The notes: a model not told the origin generated them from the letters alone. Counted from the stretch's first letter, positions 40,858 to 57,769 are shown. The stretch is DNA of 64,000 nucleotides from the human T2T-CHM13v2.0 reference genome, Homo sapiens (GCA_009914755.4 CP068257.2:6464001-6528000), one strand, 5' to 3'. Program-made: numbers and translations.

Positions 40858-41095
40858 TTGTACTTTAAGTTTTAGGGCATATGTGCACAACCTACAGTTT
40901 AGTTACATATGTATACATGTGCCATGTTGGTGTGCTGCACCCATTAACTCGTCATTTAGCATTAGGTATATGTCTTAATGCTATCCCTCCCCCCTCCCCC
41001 ACCCCACAACAGGCCCTGGTGTGTGATGTTCCCCTTCCTGTGTCCATGTGTTCTCACTGTTCAATTCCCACCTATGAGTGAGAACATGCAGTGTT
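40858..41095 (-). mobile_element. L1 (L1P-like) 3'-terminal fragment, antisense
   Basis: 'tttagggcatatgtgcacaacctacagtttagttacatatgtatacatgtgccatgttggtgtgctgcacccattaactcgtcatttagcattaggtatatgtcttaatgctatccctcccccctcccccaccccacaacaggccctggtgtgtgatgttccccttcctgtgtccatgtgttctcactgttcaattcccacctatgagtgagaacatgc' is the reverse complement of the L1 3' end (...GGGAGGGATAGCATTAGGAGATATACCTAATGTAAATGACGAGTTAATGGGTGCAGCACACCAACATGGCACATGTATACATATGTAACAAACCTGCACGTTGTGCACATGTACCCTA...). Confidence 0.8.
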
Positions 41096-43149
41096 TCATT
41101 TCCACTTAAGTATCTATCTCTATTTGTTCTTTATTTTCATTTCCATCCTAGCTCTATCCCTTGTCTCCTTCGTGTGTCTCAGTATAAGTGCCCTATAACA
41201 TTTTATATTTCTGGAAACCCTTCAATATAAAGTTATTACATGTAAAAATAAAAAGTCTGTTTTAGCGAACTTTTTCTTCACAAATTATATTTTCCTACTT
41301 CCCTATTAGACAATTTTTGTAGGCTCCATATGCTATTAATTTACATTCACTTTTAGAAGAATTTTCATCAAAAGCAAAAGTCTTATGTAAATTGATTATA
41401 TGTTATTTCTACTTCTATGTATATATACGCACATAGCCACATACATATATGTAACTCCAGAGGCCTGCCTGGACTGTTTGATAACTGTATTGAACAACAG
41501 CAAGAAAAAGCTGTTCAAATTTCAAACAACAAGTTGAACTGAAGACTTCACATCTTTGAATTAAATAGACACTAGTAGCCTTTAAAAATTAAGCATTTCT
41601 ACTGTTTTAAAAAATTATAGCCATCATAGTATGAGGAAAAAATGTAATAATCTTTTTTAATTCTTGCCATTTTATTAACCACGGACTCCTTATGCCCTAA
41701 CTTCATTGGTACCCCTTTGAGATTAAACAGAACACTTAATTTAAAATTCTGATAAATAAATTAATTACAGCATTTACTTGAGGTACTCTTTCACCTTTCA
41801 AGAAATATTTTGAGAATTCATTAGCTAAATATTGCTATAATGCAGGCTAGTAATAAACGGAAAGAATGAATTCATTGTAAAGTTTAAACTAATGATGGTA
41901 TGATCTGGAATTTTTGTTAACTTAGAAGACATAATTAGCTTTAGAGGTGAAATGAAAGACAAAATCACTTCACATATTAGTAAAAAACAAATAATATAAC
42001 TTTATAAGCTACTGCTGTTCTTTTGCTATTAAGAACCAATGACATCTGTAATTAGGGAAGATTATGGAAAGATTAAAGATGAGAATACATGCAGTCTATC
42101 TACAGGAAACCTAAACTGTTTAGGTTAAGGAAATGTTTGAGAAAGTCATATTAATTAGCAGGTTCACAGGAAACTAACATTTATTGTATAAATTGCATGG
42201 TAAAATGTATTAGGGCTCCATGCACACAACTATGTGCCATCTACGTTACCACACAGTGCTTACTTCTTTCAGTCTTTATTCATTTCTCTCCTAATGGTCT
42301 GTATGGTATTATTACATAGTTCTAAAAACCTTCCATGAGGCAGAAATTTCATTTAATCATATAGCTTCAAAAATAATGAAAAACAGTAGAAAATTTCTAT
42401 TTTTTTATGAAGCAGAATTGTTGAATTTTCAGTTTCATTTATTTAATATTACAAGATGACAAACATATTTCTTTAACTCCATCTTTTTATTTTTGTCTAA
42501 CATCAACCACAGCCATTTCTTTCATTTGAAGTTGAAAACTGCTCATCAAAATCCAGTTTAAGCTGAGAAACAAAGAACTAAATTTTGCATGAGAGATTAT
42601 ACACTGCATAAGTAAAAAACAGGACCAGAAACAATGGTGGATTAGCAATTTTTAAAAAGACAAAAACAGGTTATCATCAAATCAATTGTTACCAACACAC
42701 CAATTCCACCTCTAGGACAGAAAATTAGCCACTTACCCACGGGAAAACAATGATTGAAGACAAAGTTCACCAGTGAAAGTTGGTTATTTTTTTCCATCCT
42801 TGCATCAACTAGAATGATATCTACAGTTCCTCTTAACACTTTTCTGAGTTTCAAATATGTGGGTATGCTTCATTAGCTGAAGCCATTTTCCATATGTACA
42901 TCTGGCTACAAGGGAAACTGGGAATGTGAGCCCTGATCCTAATGTTTGTAGAGTATTTAGAAATTTGAGAATTCCCTCCAAATAAAGAGTTTTTTAAAAC
43001 ATTGTTAGACAAAAAGTTTGAATTACAAAATGTGGTAGTAGCTCAGGTCTAACTCAAATGCAGGGAAAAAAACTATTAACTGTAAAAAAAATTAAATACA
43101 CATTTGATGGCAATGAGAAACAGAAAACAGGCAGAAATAGTAGAATATT

Positions 43150-46620
<3,471 letters not shown>

Positions 46621-46689
46621 AATTGATTTCAACTTAAAGAGCTATCACCATTCTAATCTGTGATTCTAATGAATTTGGCTATCTTAGAT

Positions 46690-47270
46690 ACTTTATACAA
46701 GTGGAATCATACAGTTTGTCCTTCTGTGACTGATTTACTTTACTTAGCATTAATGTCCTCTAGGTTCATCCATGTTGCATATTGCCGGGATTTCTTGTTT
46801 TAAAGCTGAATAATATTCCGTTGTATGAATATACCACATTTTCTTTATCTTTTCATCTGCCAATAGACATTAACCTTATTTCCACATTTTAATTAGTGTA
46901 AATAATGCTGCAATGAGCCTGAGAATCATCCCAATCTCCATTCTTTCAGATAAATAACCTGAAGTGAGACTACTAGATCATATGGTAGTTCTACTTTCTT
47001 AATTTTTTTGAGGAACCACCGTACTGTTTTCCATAGAGGCTGCACAGTTTTACTTTCCCAGAAACACTGTAGAAGTGTTCCAGTTTCTCCCCATTGTTAA
47101 CACTCATTATCTTTTTCTTTTAATAAGACTATTCTAACAGGTTTGAGGCAATATCTCTTTGTGGTTTTGATTTGCATTTCCCTGAGGATTAGTGATGCTG
47201 AGCATTTTTTTCATGTATCTGTTGGTCATTTGGATATTTTCTTTGGAGAAATATCTATTGCTGATTTAAA
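46690..47270 (-). mobile_element. L1 ORF2 3'-region fragment, antisense
   Basis: 'ggaatcatacagtttgtccttctgtgactgatttactttacttagcattaatgtcctctaggttcatccatgttg...gctgaataatattccgttgtatgaatataccacattttctttatc...ggtagttctactttcttaattttttgaggaaccaccgtactgttttccatagaggctgcacagttttactttcccag...ctctttgtggttttgatttgcatttccctgaggattagtgatgctgagcattttttcatgt' is the complement of the ORF2 3' region / 3'UTR. Confidence 0.7.
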
Positions 47271-49684
47271 AAAAAACTCTCAGCAAGCTAGAAAAGGAAA
47301 TTTTCTCAAAGTGATGGAAAGCATCCACAACAAGACATATAAACATTATATTTAATGGTGAAAGTGTAAATATTTAAACTACATAGATTAGGACAAGAAA
47401 GGAATGTGTGTGTTCATCACCTCTATTCAACATTGTACTGGTGATCCTAGATTCTGAGTATAAATATTTAGGGGACAACTATTGTCACTGAAGTCCAAAT
47501 CTTGGTCATCCTCAGAAAAAAAAAAAGTTGATTAGATTGTATATAATCTAATTCTACTTGCTAACTTAATTTCTCTAAAATTACAGCTTGCATCCACTCT
47601 AGAATTTATTGGGCACCTCCTAGGGCATAAACACTGGAATTTGGTGAGAGACATCAAATAGGAAAGAACCTGGCTCTGACATAAATTCAACACACGAAGG
47701 GGGACACATGTTATGAGACTGACCTGGCCTCTCCATCTCATAAAAGGGGTTCTTGTTGCTGGTAACACAGATTAAAACTATTTCAATTACATTCAAGATA
47801 AAAAGATTAGCAATGGTATGTAAGATGAAAAAATCACCCCACAGGAAGACAAAAGTCTTACAAAAGGATATTTAAACTAGCCAACCCTTTGAAATTCAGG
47901 CAGAGATCGTGCTTTCTGGGTGAACTAAGGTAGCAAGAACAAAGTAGAGGCTCCAATTCTAGGAAAAATGGGCCCTAATAAGGTTTACAATCCAGAAACT
48001 CAAGAAATCCAGACAGAAGAATGCAGTCTCCGCTTTCAAGGCAGTAACAGTACCTGGATTACTAAGCCAATCCCCAACACAATCATAAACACAAATTTGA
48101 TTGAGGAAGAACTTGCCCACCAGAAGATTTAGGTTATTACAAGGTAGAATGTGATAGAGAAAAAGAGCATGGGACTGGAAACAAAAGGAGGTAGCCCCAT
48201 GATCACAACTGGAATATATCTGTCAGAGATGGTGCGGAAATAAGACTGAAGAGAGAGATCCTTAAACCCCACGTGCCTTACATCAGGACTAATCCTGGAC
48301 ACAGGCTGGAAAGCATAGCCTACAGGTGGTGAGGGAGGAGGAGTGGGCTCAGCTGTGAGAAGGAGAAGGAAATATGGCTGAAAACCAGATATGGGTCTTG
48401 AAATCACAGCGAGGATTTGGGCCTTTGCTGCTGTCTGCCAGCAGCTGCCAGTAGTTCTCACACTTTGGCTGGCATCAAAATAACCTGGGGCAGTGGTGGG
48501 GAAGTGGGGGGAGTGTTGTAAAACCACAAGTGACCAGGAAAAAATCACCTGTATGTTTTCCAATTCAGTAAGTACAGAAATATTAATTGGAAAAAGGTGG
48601 AGATCAGACATTGATAGTGCTGTGGACTGCTCCAGGGACATAAGCATGATCTTTAGAGAGGTGACTCTAATCAGTTGAGGGCAACCACCGGACAGAAAGA
48701 GGTCCAGACTAACCGTACACATTGACATCATACAACTACACTTTAGCAACTTCTCCAAATAACATGTCTCTTACTGAAACTTGGGAGGTTGAAAGTTATA
48801 AACATAAAATCCAGTGGCATTTATGTATCCTAGGCACTTACATTTGTCTGATTCTTCCAACTTGCCTTTGCTTGGTTAGAGTTTTGGGTAGATAAGAGGT
48901 GGATTTACATGTGCTAGTGTGAGAACTTTGATACACTCACTTAGACATTGACCTACTATCTTGATGTTTGAAAGTTAAAACCCAAAGAAATTTGTCTTTT
49001 TAGATAAAACAAATTCAGCCCTTACCTTCCTTATCGATTACATCTTCCACTAGCAGTAATAAAAAAGTAACAATATGCATAAGTCAAAGTATCTTCTTAA
49101 ATCTTCTGTAGTGTTTTATTATTTAGTTGTGTTAATTAAAGTAACTGTCTCAAAATTTCAAGGAATGCCTGAGAATAAATTCATGTTCAAAGGTTGCCCT
49201 CTTGTGACAATGTGTTGTATGTTTTACTGTAAAAGTAATCTTATTTTACCTTATAACATCTACAATCCAATTCATAACAGCATAAAAAGGAAATAAAGCC
49301 TTACATAATTTTGAATTTTGAAAAGTACCTTGTTTATATGGTTCCTTTAGCTAATGAATAGACAATTTGGTAAATATTCCAGTGAGTTGAAGGTTTGAAT
49401 CTATCTCACTTAACTAGCTTAATGGATGTATTTCTAAACCTGTACAACCCAATCCTCTGCTTTTAAAAAATTAAAGTTAGCTGTAGATTGAGATGTCAGT
49501 GACACAGTTTATAGAACATAACTTAGATTGTCATCTACATTACTGTAACTACAAATACCACCCTCAGATGGAAGAATCAGTTTTATCAGTGAACATCTAA
49601 TTGAACTATAAATGGTGTATGTCTTCTGGCTTTTACAAGCTCTTGGTCTAACACGGGATATATGATGTAAAAATTACAAAGCAA

Positions 49685-50092
<408 letters not shown>

Positions 50093-53000
50093 TTATTCTA
50101 AGCTCACTGATGTAAACGAATAGACAGAAAAGGTTTGCTGGAAAAACTAATAACTTGCTATCTTTTCTGTCTTTTGTTTTTTAAAAGCTTGAGCATTTGG
50201 GAGAATTTGGAAAGATTGTGGAGTAAGGGCAAAGAAGGAATTTTCTAAAAAAATTATATAGGTTAAAATGAGTTTTTTCCAGGTTAGAAAATATCCACTC
50301 CCTACCCTCCTACATTCCTTTCCCATGGTTAAGAAGAGGAAAAAACGAAGACCTCTTGGTGAGCAGTGGTGACTTCGGCAGTTTCTTAGAAATATTCTAG
50401 AAGGCATAGTCATCTTTTAAAAAAAATAGCTACAAGGATATGTCTAAGCAGAAGGGACCATGGGCCAAATTACTTGTAGATTTTTGCATTCCAAATATGG
50501 TAAAGAAGAAGCAGGAAGCTGGGGGGCCTAAACAAGCCACACAGAAATGGACAAGGAAGAGGCCAGCAGCAGCTTGTGGGGGCAAGATGTCAAGCCCCAA
50601 ATGTTAAACCCACCATCCATCTTCCAAATTCTGGCTCTGCTTAACAAGGCTGTGGTCTGACACTAGATGCCGCCTCAGTGACTAAAGCATAATTCCCCTT
50701 CTCCTGGGAGTGTTGACAGCTGACTCCTGTCAACAATACTCACAGCACAGTAAAGTTCCTTCATCCAAATCCATGTCCCTTCTCAAGGCATCCCACATCC
50801 GAGAACTGCTTGGTACAGAAATATAATGGCCTTGTTTGCTTGCTCCAATTTGAGGTCATTAGGTAAACTCACCAAGATCCCTGTAGAGTGCACTGCGGCC
50901 ATGATAGTGATTGCATTCCAGCCGACTTCCTGCTCCACCCAATCCTATTGCTTTCGCTCTTCCACAGGTGTTGGGAATATCATTTCAACCTCCTTGCATG
51001 CAAATCTCCAACTCGGAGTCGGCTTCCTAGGACACTTGACTGGTGACATCTCTATCACTATCACAGTACTTAGAGGGGAGCATCTTAAAATGATTGAGGG
51101 CTAACTGCCCTAACAGCACAGGCAGATGGTGGCTTAAAATAGAATTTAAGTGGACTTAAAAAAACATGAAAAAAGTTGACATTGCACGCTCATAGGAGCT
51201 TGTGGATCAAACCATACGTATGATTTTTAAGATCCCTCGTGCAGTATATATTTGCACTGTTTATAAATGGCATCCCCTTAAATTGAATTCAGTGCAATTC
51301 AAAACAGTAATTTGTGGGAAAAATTAGATATGCAGATAACCTGGACTCTAGAGAGGAACACATCATTTGGAGAATAATAGTGAACCGGCTGGTCTATGAG
51401 GGAAGAAAACAGAGTGAATATAGACTATTATTGAACAAGGATATTTTCCCATGTATATTCAAATTAAGGTGAATTTTTTTACAGAATTATGCCTTAGAAA
51501 GAAAAAGTATTTCCCTATATTTGAGTCCTCACAAGTTTTCCTACGATGAGTGCTTTTGTGATTATTTTGAATAACAAAATAATATTTAAGTAAACTCTCT
51601 TGCCCTGAATGTACTTTAATTTATGTCAATTGAAGTTGCATATAGAGATCATCAAAGTCAAGCTACAAGAAAAAGAGGAACATAACTTAGCAAAGACTTA
51701 GAGGATTAGTCCTAATAGTGTGAAATCAAAATTTCAAGTGAGGGAATAAATGCAGCTTTTAATGATTACTTAAATGAAGTTTAACTCTAGCAGGATCTAC
51801 AAGAAATTGGCAACCTTTGGCTTCAGTAACAGAATCTCAAGGTATATGCCCTTCAGTGCGTTTGCATTCTGCCTCATATTGAGAGACACTCCTTTAAACA
51901 GCAATAAGAAACTTCCTGTGACAACATAATAAATTCAAAAAGTTCTGTAACTCAGACAATTTAGACAGAAGTGATAACTTTGGCCTATAAAGCCCTGTTC
52001 ACCCTAAAGATGGATTAAACAATGAAAAAGATATTGATATCAAAAATTCAATCAGGAATTTGATTAAAGCATTTCATTAAATGTGATAATTTCTTAGTAT
52101 ATTATCTTACATATGCAATATTCATGTGTAACAAATTAAATACAAGTAAACATTTGACCATATTATCTGCAGCATAATTTAAATATCAATTTACATATTC
52201 AGTTTTGCTCACATGAAAACTTGGATCTTCTCAATAAGAAAATGTATGAAATCTTTAACTCCTCATCCCCAGGAATGTAAATAAATAAATATAAATACTG
52301 TAAGTCAGTGATTTTTTCCTAGGAAGACAGTAAAAATACTTTACACGCCTTCTCATTGTAAACCTAAATAACAAACAGAGAAAGGCTCTCTAAAGGAAAA
52401 AGACACATCTTAGGGAGGAGGGCACTGCAATGGGAATATGCATGACAAAGCAAACTATATAGATTCAAATGGTAAAGGAAGAGAAGGTCTTTAAAAGAAA
52501 AATGATCAACCTGGAAGTATGGGGGAGTAGAAAAAAATAAATAAGGGAAAAGTGAAGAGGCTTCTATAATTGTTTTGATATAGTTACCTTTGAATATAAA
52601 GATCAACAACAAGGTCAATGTCAGTTGAAGTTTGGGCAGGCAGTTGCTGGATAGATGTCCTCACAGAAGTGTATTTTGTGTAAGGTTGCTATGGCCTTTG
52701 TGCAAGGTTGTGGTTTTTGTGGTATTTTGTAATAGTTTTTATCAGGCCTAGAAGCATGAGAACCCTCTCTTCAAGGCCTTCTCTGAATATATTTGTTCAG
52801 GTTTTTTCTTCTCTTTTTAAACATTAGTGACAGTTTTGTTTCTGATAACTTTCATATCATGATCCCTAATTTCAAAAAAAATTAAACGTGTAACTTATTT
52901 ATGATGTATTTGATAGGCTTGGATTTGTGAATCACCTCTACTATCTATAGTGGTAGATATATCTGAGCCTGCTTACACAGGACTTCCATCAGATTCTCTC

Positions 53001-53100
53001 TTCAGTGGAATTGGAAGAGGGGGTTTTGGAGAAGGGAATGAAGGAATTGTGCTGCATCAGCACAGGGCGTTTTTCTGTGCTCTTGCCAGGCCGTTGTATT

Positions 53101-53145
53101 GGCTGATGCAAAAGTAATTTTGGTTTTGTCATTGAAAGTAATGAG
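53101..53145. mobile_element. Possible mariner-type (Hsmar1/MADE1-like) terminal inverted repeat half
   Basis: 'ggctgatgcaaaagtaattttggttttgtcattgaaagtaatg' resembles the MADE1/Hsmar1 ITR (GGTTGGTGCAAAAGTAATTGCGGTTTTTGCCATTAAAAGTAATGGC, from memory). Only one half is present, followed by unrelated sequence. Confidence 0.35.
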
Positions 53146-54299
53146 ACCATCTGGCTTACAATGTCTGTGCCATAACCAGCTCCTAATAGCCTCCGAGGAC
53201 AGCTTTGCCCTGACATATACTGTCCTGGAACCACGTCTGCTTTGTAACTCCTGAGGTAGCTGCCACCATGACCAATGCCTTCTCATCTTTACTCTACATG
53301 CTGGTAACAGTTATAATTATATCTCTGTGTATTCACAGAACATCTAGTACATCTGGGACTTCTACAAAATTTCCCTAGCTGATATTGGTGTTCTGGGGTA
53401 CTGGCAGCTCTAGCCATGAAGGGATGATGCTTTATTAGCATTTCTGTTGAGTTTTTTGCTTTTTCTCAAAAACTGATTCCACTTTTCCCACATACGTTTG
53501 ACAATTCATTTGAACTCATTTATTCTAAACCCATTATTTTTGGTCTATTATTTAATAGGGAGGGGGGCGAGGGATAAAAGATTACAAATAGGGGGCAGTG
53601 TACACTGCTCGGGTGATGGATGCACCCAAATCTCACAAATCTCCAGAAAAGAACTTACCCATGGAACCAAATACCACCGTACCCCAACAACCTATGGAAA
53701 AAAAATAAAAAATAAAGTAAAAAAGAGTCAGAAAGAAAGAAAATAATCACTGTACTTACCATGACACTTAGAAATGGTGACTAACATTATTTGTGTCACC
53801 TAATAATATTATTATTTTTTATTTATGCTACAATCTAGCTCTGCTATTACAATCACTACTATTTGAAGTGTTACTAAATTAAATTAAATCTATTGTATCC
53901 TTCTGGACTCAGAAATGGGGGTAAATGCCAAGATGATTTCAGAATATGATCACATATTAAAAGCATATTATATGGGGAAAATTTGATTTTTAAAAAATAG
54001 AAATTGGTAGAGAAACAATTTTTGGGTCTTTAATTTCCGCACATTTTGCAAGTATGGACAATGACTTTATTGTTCCAAATGATTGTTTTCAAGCATGTTT
54101 GTATAGAAAACAGCCTTGGAATAGAAAACCAGTACCTCCTTCTGGAACAAAGGAAAAGTTTATTTACTGTCTAGTATAATGCAGATAATTTCTCCCTCTT
54201 GGGAAGCATACAGCCAAGTGAACTTCCAATAACACAAGTTGGGTTTTCTTGAGCTTGGGTTTTTCTTCCACAGTGTAATGTGCAGGTGCCACTTGGCTC

Positions 54300-55090
54300 T
54301 CTTTGTGTTATCCTGGGAAAGCTGATGGCTGTAGGTGCATGTGTTTATTTTGGGGATCTCTATTCTATTTCATTGGTCTTTGTGTCTGTTTTCATATCAG
54401 TACCATGTTATTTTGTCTACTGTGGCCCTAGGGTATAGTATGAAGTCAAGTAATGTGATGTCTCCAGTGTTGTTCTTCTTGCTTAGATTTCCTTTGGTTG
54501 TCTGGGCTCTTTAAAAATCCATATGAAATTTAGAATATTTTTTTCTAATTTTGTGAAAAACGACACTGGTTGTTTCATAGGAATAGTGTTGAATGTGTAG
54601 ATTGCTTTTGGCAGTATAGCCATTTTAACAATATTGATCTTTCTAATCCATGAGCATGGAATGGTTTTCCATTTGTTTCGACATCTGTGATTTCTTTCTG
54701 CAGTGTTTTGCAGGTCTCCTTTTAGATATCCTTTACCTCCTTGGTTAGAAATATTCTTTTATTTTATTTTGGGGGTTGCTGTTGTAAACAGGATTGCACT
54801 CTTGATTTACCTTTCAGTTTTAATATTTTTGGTGAACTGCAATCCTACTTCTTTTTATATGTTGATTTTTTTTTATCCTGAAAGTTTGCTGAAGTTTTTT
54901 TTATCAGTTCTGGGAGCCTTTTGGCACAGTCTTTAGGGATTTCTAGGTGTAGAATCATATCATCAGTGAAGAGAGATAATTTGACTTCATTTCCTATTTG
55001 GATGCTTTTTATCGCTTTCTCTTGCCTGCTTGCTCTGGCTAGGACTTGTTAAACAGGAGTGGGGAGAACAGGCATCCCTATTTTATTCCT
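54300..55090 (-). mobile_element. L1 ORF2 (RT-distal region) fragment, antisense
   Basis: 'gcagtatagccattttaacaatattgatctttctaatccatgagcatggaatggttttccatttgtttcgacatctgtgatttctttctgcagtgttttgcag...ctggctaggacttgttaaacaggagtggggagaacaggcatccctattttattcctg' matches the antisense L1 motif 'ggcagtatggccattttcacgatattgattcttcctacccatgagcatggaatgttcttccatttgtttgtatcctcttttatttccttgagcagtggtttgtag...gccctggccagaacttccaacactatgttgaataggagtggtgagagagggcatccctgtcttgtgcc'. Confidence 0.75.
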
Positions 55091-55109
55091 GTTCATAAGG
55101 GGAATGTGT

Positions 55110-55397
55110 TGGGAGAAAAGCTGAGTGTTGGAAGAGAAGCTGAGGCAGGGCCATATGTTTCTCATTCACTTGATACACCATTTCCTTTTAACCCCCACAT
55201 CCTCACCACCTGTTTCTTTGTTTGAGCACCAACAAATAGCGTGGGCTCCCAGAGCTTGGGGACTTTGCAGACTCCACACTCGTGATGGTCTCCTGGTCCC
55301 ACTTTCTCTCTCAAACTGTCTTTTTCTCATTCCTTTGACTCTGCCGGACTTCATCACCCCCATGACCTAGTGTTGGGTCTGATCACCCCAACATTCC
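55110..55397 (+). mobile_element. Truncated retroviral LTR (U5-proximal part), 5' LTR of proviral remnant A
   Basis: ~290 bp lie between the L1 fragment and the primer-binding site. The 3' end '...gtgttgggtctgatcaccccaacattcc|tggtgcccaacatgggg' aligns with the end of the second LTR-like block at 57580-57645 ('...tgctgggttagggtctccccaaccgacctggtctcagcaag|tggtgcccattcatggggg'). Family not assigned. Confidence 0.5.
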
Positions 55398-55414
55398 TGG
55401 TGCCCAACATGGGG
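55398..55414 (+). other. Primer-binding site, tRNA-Lys(CUU)-type with CpG decay (TGGTGCCCAACATGGGG vs canonical HERV-K TGGCGCCCAACGTGGGG)
   Basis: It differs from the betaretroviral Lys1,2 PBS only at the two CpG positions (CG>TG, CG>CA). It sits immediately 3' of the LTR-like block and ~80 bp upstream of the gag ATG at 55496. Confidence 0.6.
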
Positions 55415-55495
55415 TGACAAAGACCCGGTGAAGGAAGGCTAGAGCATATGAAAGCAGAGGACACATCATCAAAAGACACCCGAGGACATACAAAG

Positions 55496-57085
55496 ATGGG
55501 GAGTGAAATTTAGTACTTAGAATTTGTTATCACTCTTTAGTACAGTAAAGCAGTTTTGCCCATGGTTTCCAGAGCAAAGGGACTATGAAGTTGGATGAAT
55601 GGGAGAGAATTGGAAGAGATTTTTAAAAGGCATATAAAGATGGAGCAGAAATTCCAGTTTATATATGGTCAGTGTGGGCACTAATAAAGGCAGCCCTTGA
55701 GCCATTTCAAACAGATGATGAGGCAGATTCAGATGAGGAAGAGGAGGATGAGTGTAAAAAACTAACTTCAAATTCTGAGTGTGAGGAGCAGCTACCGGAG
55801 GAGATTAAAGAAAAGAAAGAAAAACTTTAAAAAGTATGTTTTACTAGCCCGTTGGCTCCACCTGCTGAATTAAGTGAATGGCCACCTCCTCTCTCTCCCC
55901 TAAATGGGTGAGAAAATAAATTAGCTGAAAAACTTACTGCTCCTGTAGTTACAACATTAAAACCTGGAGCAATTGGTGGTGCTAGACAAAATTCTATTCA
56001 AAAAGCTAAAGCCAAGGGAGACCTTGAAGCATGGCAATTTCCCGTTACTATAATCCAGCAAGTAGGACAGAATATAGCTAATTAGCCTGCTTTTTCTTTT
56101 AAGTTAATAAAGAATTTAAGCAAGCCATTAGTCAATATGGACTGAACTCTCTTTTTGCGCAATCTTTATTAAAAATATGGCTCTTGATAATAGATTAATA
56201 CCATATAATTAGGATACTTTGACAAAACCTGTTCTCACTCCATCTCAGTACTTGCAGTTTAAAACTTGGTAGGCTGGTGAACTCAAACTCAGGCAAAAGA
56301 AAACACACACCTGCAGCCACCTGTGCCTGTTTTCTTTGATCAGTTAATATGAGTTGGCCCTAACTGGGGTTGATTAGAGAATCAAGCAGTAATGGAAGAT
56401 GTTGTCATTGTTCAGCTGTGCTTCATGTGCTTACATGCATAGAAAAGGATAAATGTTACAGGGGAAAAGTATCCTTATTTCAGTTCTGTCTGACAAGGAC
56501 CTAAAGAACCATATATTAATTTTATTGCTCAGCTCCAAGAGGCTGTGTATAAAGCCGTAAATGATCAAAACAGCTCAGGATGTTGTAATACAGCTTCTTG
56601 CATACAATAATGCTAATGCAGAGTGTCAAACTGCTATTAGATATCTGAGAGAGAAGGCTCATTTAACTAAATATATTAAGTCTTGCGATGGCATTGGAGG
56701 TAACTTACATAAGGCTATTCTTTTAGCTCAGGCTATGGCTAGATTAAGAGTAAGAAAAAATATGTTTCACTTCTCAGGCTCTTGCCTTAATTGTGGGCAA
56801 ATTGGACACAAGAAAGGAATGTAGAAAGGAATTCAAAAGACGAAAACTACTACCATCAATCAACAGAAAAGACCCAGTGTATGTCCCTGGTGTAAGAAAG
56901 GCGATCACTAGGCAAGGCCGTGTCATTCTAAATTTAGCAAAGATGAACAACCTCTTTGAGGAAATAGGAAGAGGGACCCGCCTCAAGCCCCTCAACAAAC
57001 TGAGGCATACCCAGCACAGCCACTGCCCTTACAAATGTACAGCAATTGTCCCCCGCCTCAGCAAGCAGTGCTGCTGTAGACCTCT
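55496..57085 (+). pseudogene. gag: gag pseudogene of an HERV-K (HML)-like betaretrovirus, remnant A (multiple stops and frameshifts)
   Basis: Translated pieces match HERV-K Gag in order: 'EWERIGRDF.KAYKDGAEIPVYIWSVWALIKAALEPFQTDDEADSDEEEEDE' (cf. HML-2 'DWKRIGKELKQAGRKGNIIPLTVWNDWAIIKAALEPFQTEEDSVS'); 'GDLEAWQFPVT' (cf. 'DTEAWQFPVTLEP'); ORF 56561..56824 'DVVIQLLAYNNANAECQTAIRYLREK...IKSCDGIGGNLHKAILLAQAM...CLNCGQIGHKKG' (cf. 'KVIVELMAYENANPECQSAIKPLKGK...VKACDGIGGAMHKAMLMAQAI...CYNCGQIGHLKKNC'); second zinc knuckle 'CPWCKKGDHWARPCHSKFSKDEQPL' and the proline-rich tail '...NCPPPQQAVLL'. Confidence 0.8.
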
Positions 57086-57149
57086 ACAGCACAATTCCCA
57101 TCTCCTTACTTCCTGAGGAGCCACGAAAGAAGGTCACCACAGGAGTTAG

Positions 57150-57620
57150 GGCACCCTTACCCTGAGGAACTGTTGGGAACAAGCCTCCCCCAAATCCGGC
57201 CATAAACTGGCCCCAAAACTGGCCATAAACAAAATCTCTGCATCACTGTGTCATGTTCTTGATGGCCATAACACACACCCTGGAAGGTTGTGGGTTTACC
57301 GGAATGAGGACAAGGAACACCTGGCCCGTCCAGGGTGGAAAACCACTTAAAGGCATTCTTAAGCCACAAACAATAGCATGAGTGATCTGTGCCTTAAGAA
57401 TAAGGGATACTTTTAGTTAATCTAATATCTATAGAAACAATGCTAATGACTGGCTTGCTGTTAATAAATACGTGGGTAAATCTCTGTTCAGAGCTCTCAG
57501 CTCTGAAGGCTGTGAGACCCCTGATTTCCCACTTCACACCTCTATATTTCAGTGTGTGTGTCTTTAATTCCTCTAGTGCTGCTGGGTTAGGGTCTCCCCA
57601 ACCGACCTGGTCTCAGCAAG
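57150..57620 (+). mobile_element. LTR-like block (U3/R/U5) preceding remnant B; AATAAA at 57463-57468
   Basis: It lies between the end of gag A and PBS B: '...gctgttaataaatacgtgggtaaatctctgttcagagctctcagctctgaaggctgtgagacccctgatttccc...gggttagggtctccccaaccgacctggtctcagca'. The layout (AATAAATAC ... U5 ... PBS) parallels HERV-K LTR ends. The 5' boundary is uncertain. Confidence 0.5.
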
Positions 57621-57645
57621 TGGTGCCCATTCATGGGGGCTCGAA
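57621..57645 (+). other. Primer-binding site B, degenerate tRNA-Lys(CUU) type with extended complementarity (TGGTGCCCATTCATGGGGGCTCGAA vs TGGCGCCCAACGTGGGGCTCGAAC)
   Basis: Seen directly. It is followed by a leader containing a consensus splice-donor-like GGTGAGT at 57730-57736 and the gag ATG (MGQ...) at 57770. Confidence 0.55.
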
Positions 57646-57769
57646 TACAGGTCAAAGGATCGCTGGAGCAACGATTGGAGAATGTGGAACTAGCTGGAGG
57701 ACATCCGAGTACTCTTAAAGCAATCCCCATGGTGAGTCAGAAGGGGAGCTCAGAAGCATCAGGGTAACA

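Noticed and set aside
30761-43100. Search for cellular genes or exons in the AT-rich unique segment
   Set aside because: Only short ORFs of 120 aa or less without recognisable domains were found, plus scattered repeat fragments. No exon-intron structure can be supported from sequence alone. The segment is likely intergenic or intronic.
48129-48758. 209-aa minus-strand ORF in the unique region
   Set aside because: No recognisable protein family in the translation. The surrounding sequence is AT-rich and probably repeat-derived, with no splice or promoter context. It is most likely a chance ORF.
57727-57740. 'ccatggtgagtcag' read as a functional splice donor
   Set aside because: GGTGAGT matches the 5' splice-site consensus. 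It sits where a retroviral major splice donor is expected, in the leader between PBS and gag. The provirus is heavily degraded and no acceptor or env is present, so it is recorded only as supporting evidence for the provirus layout.
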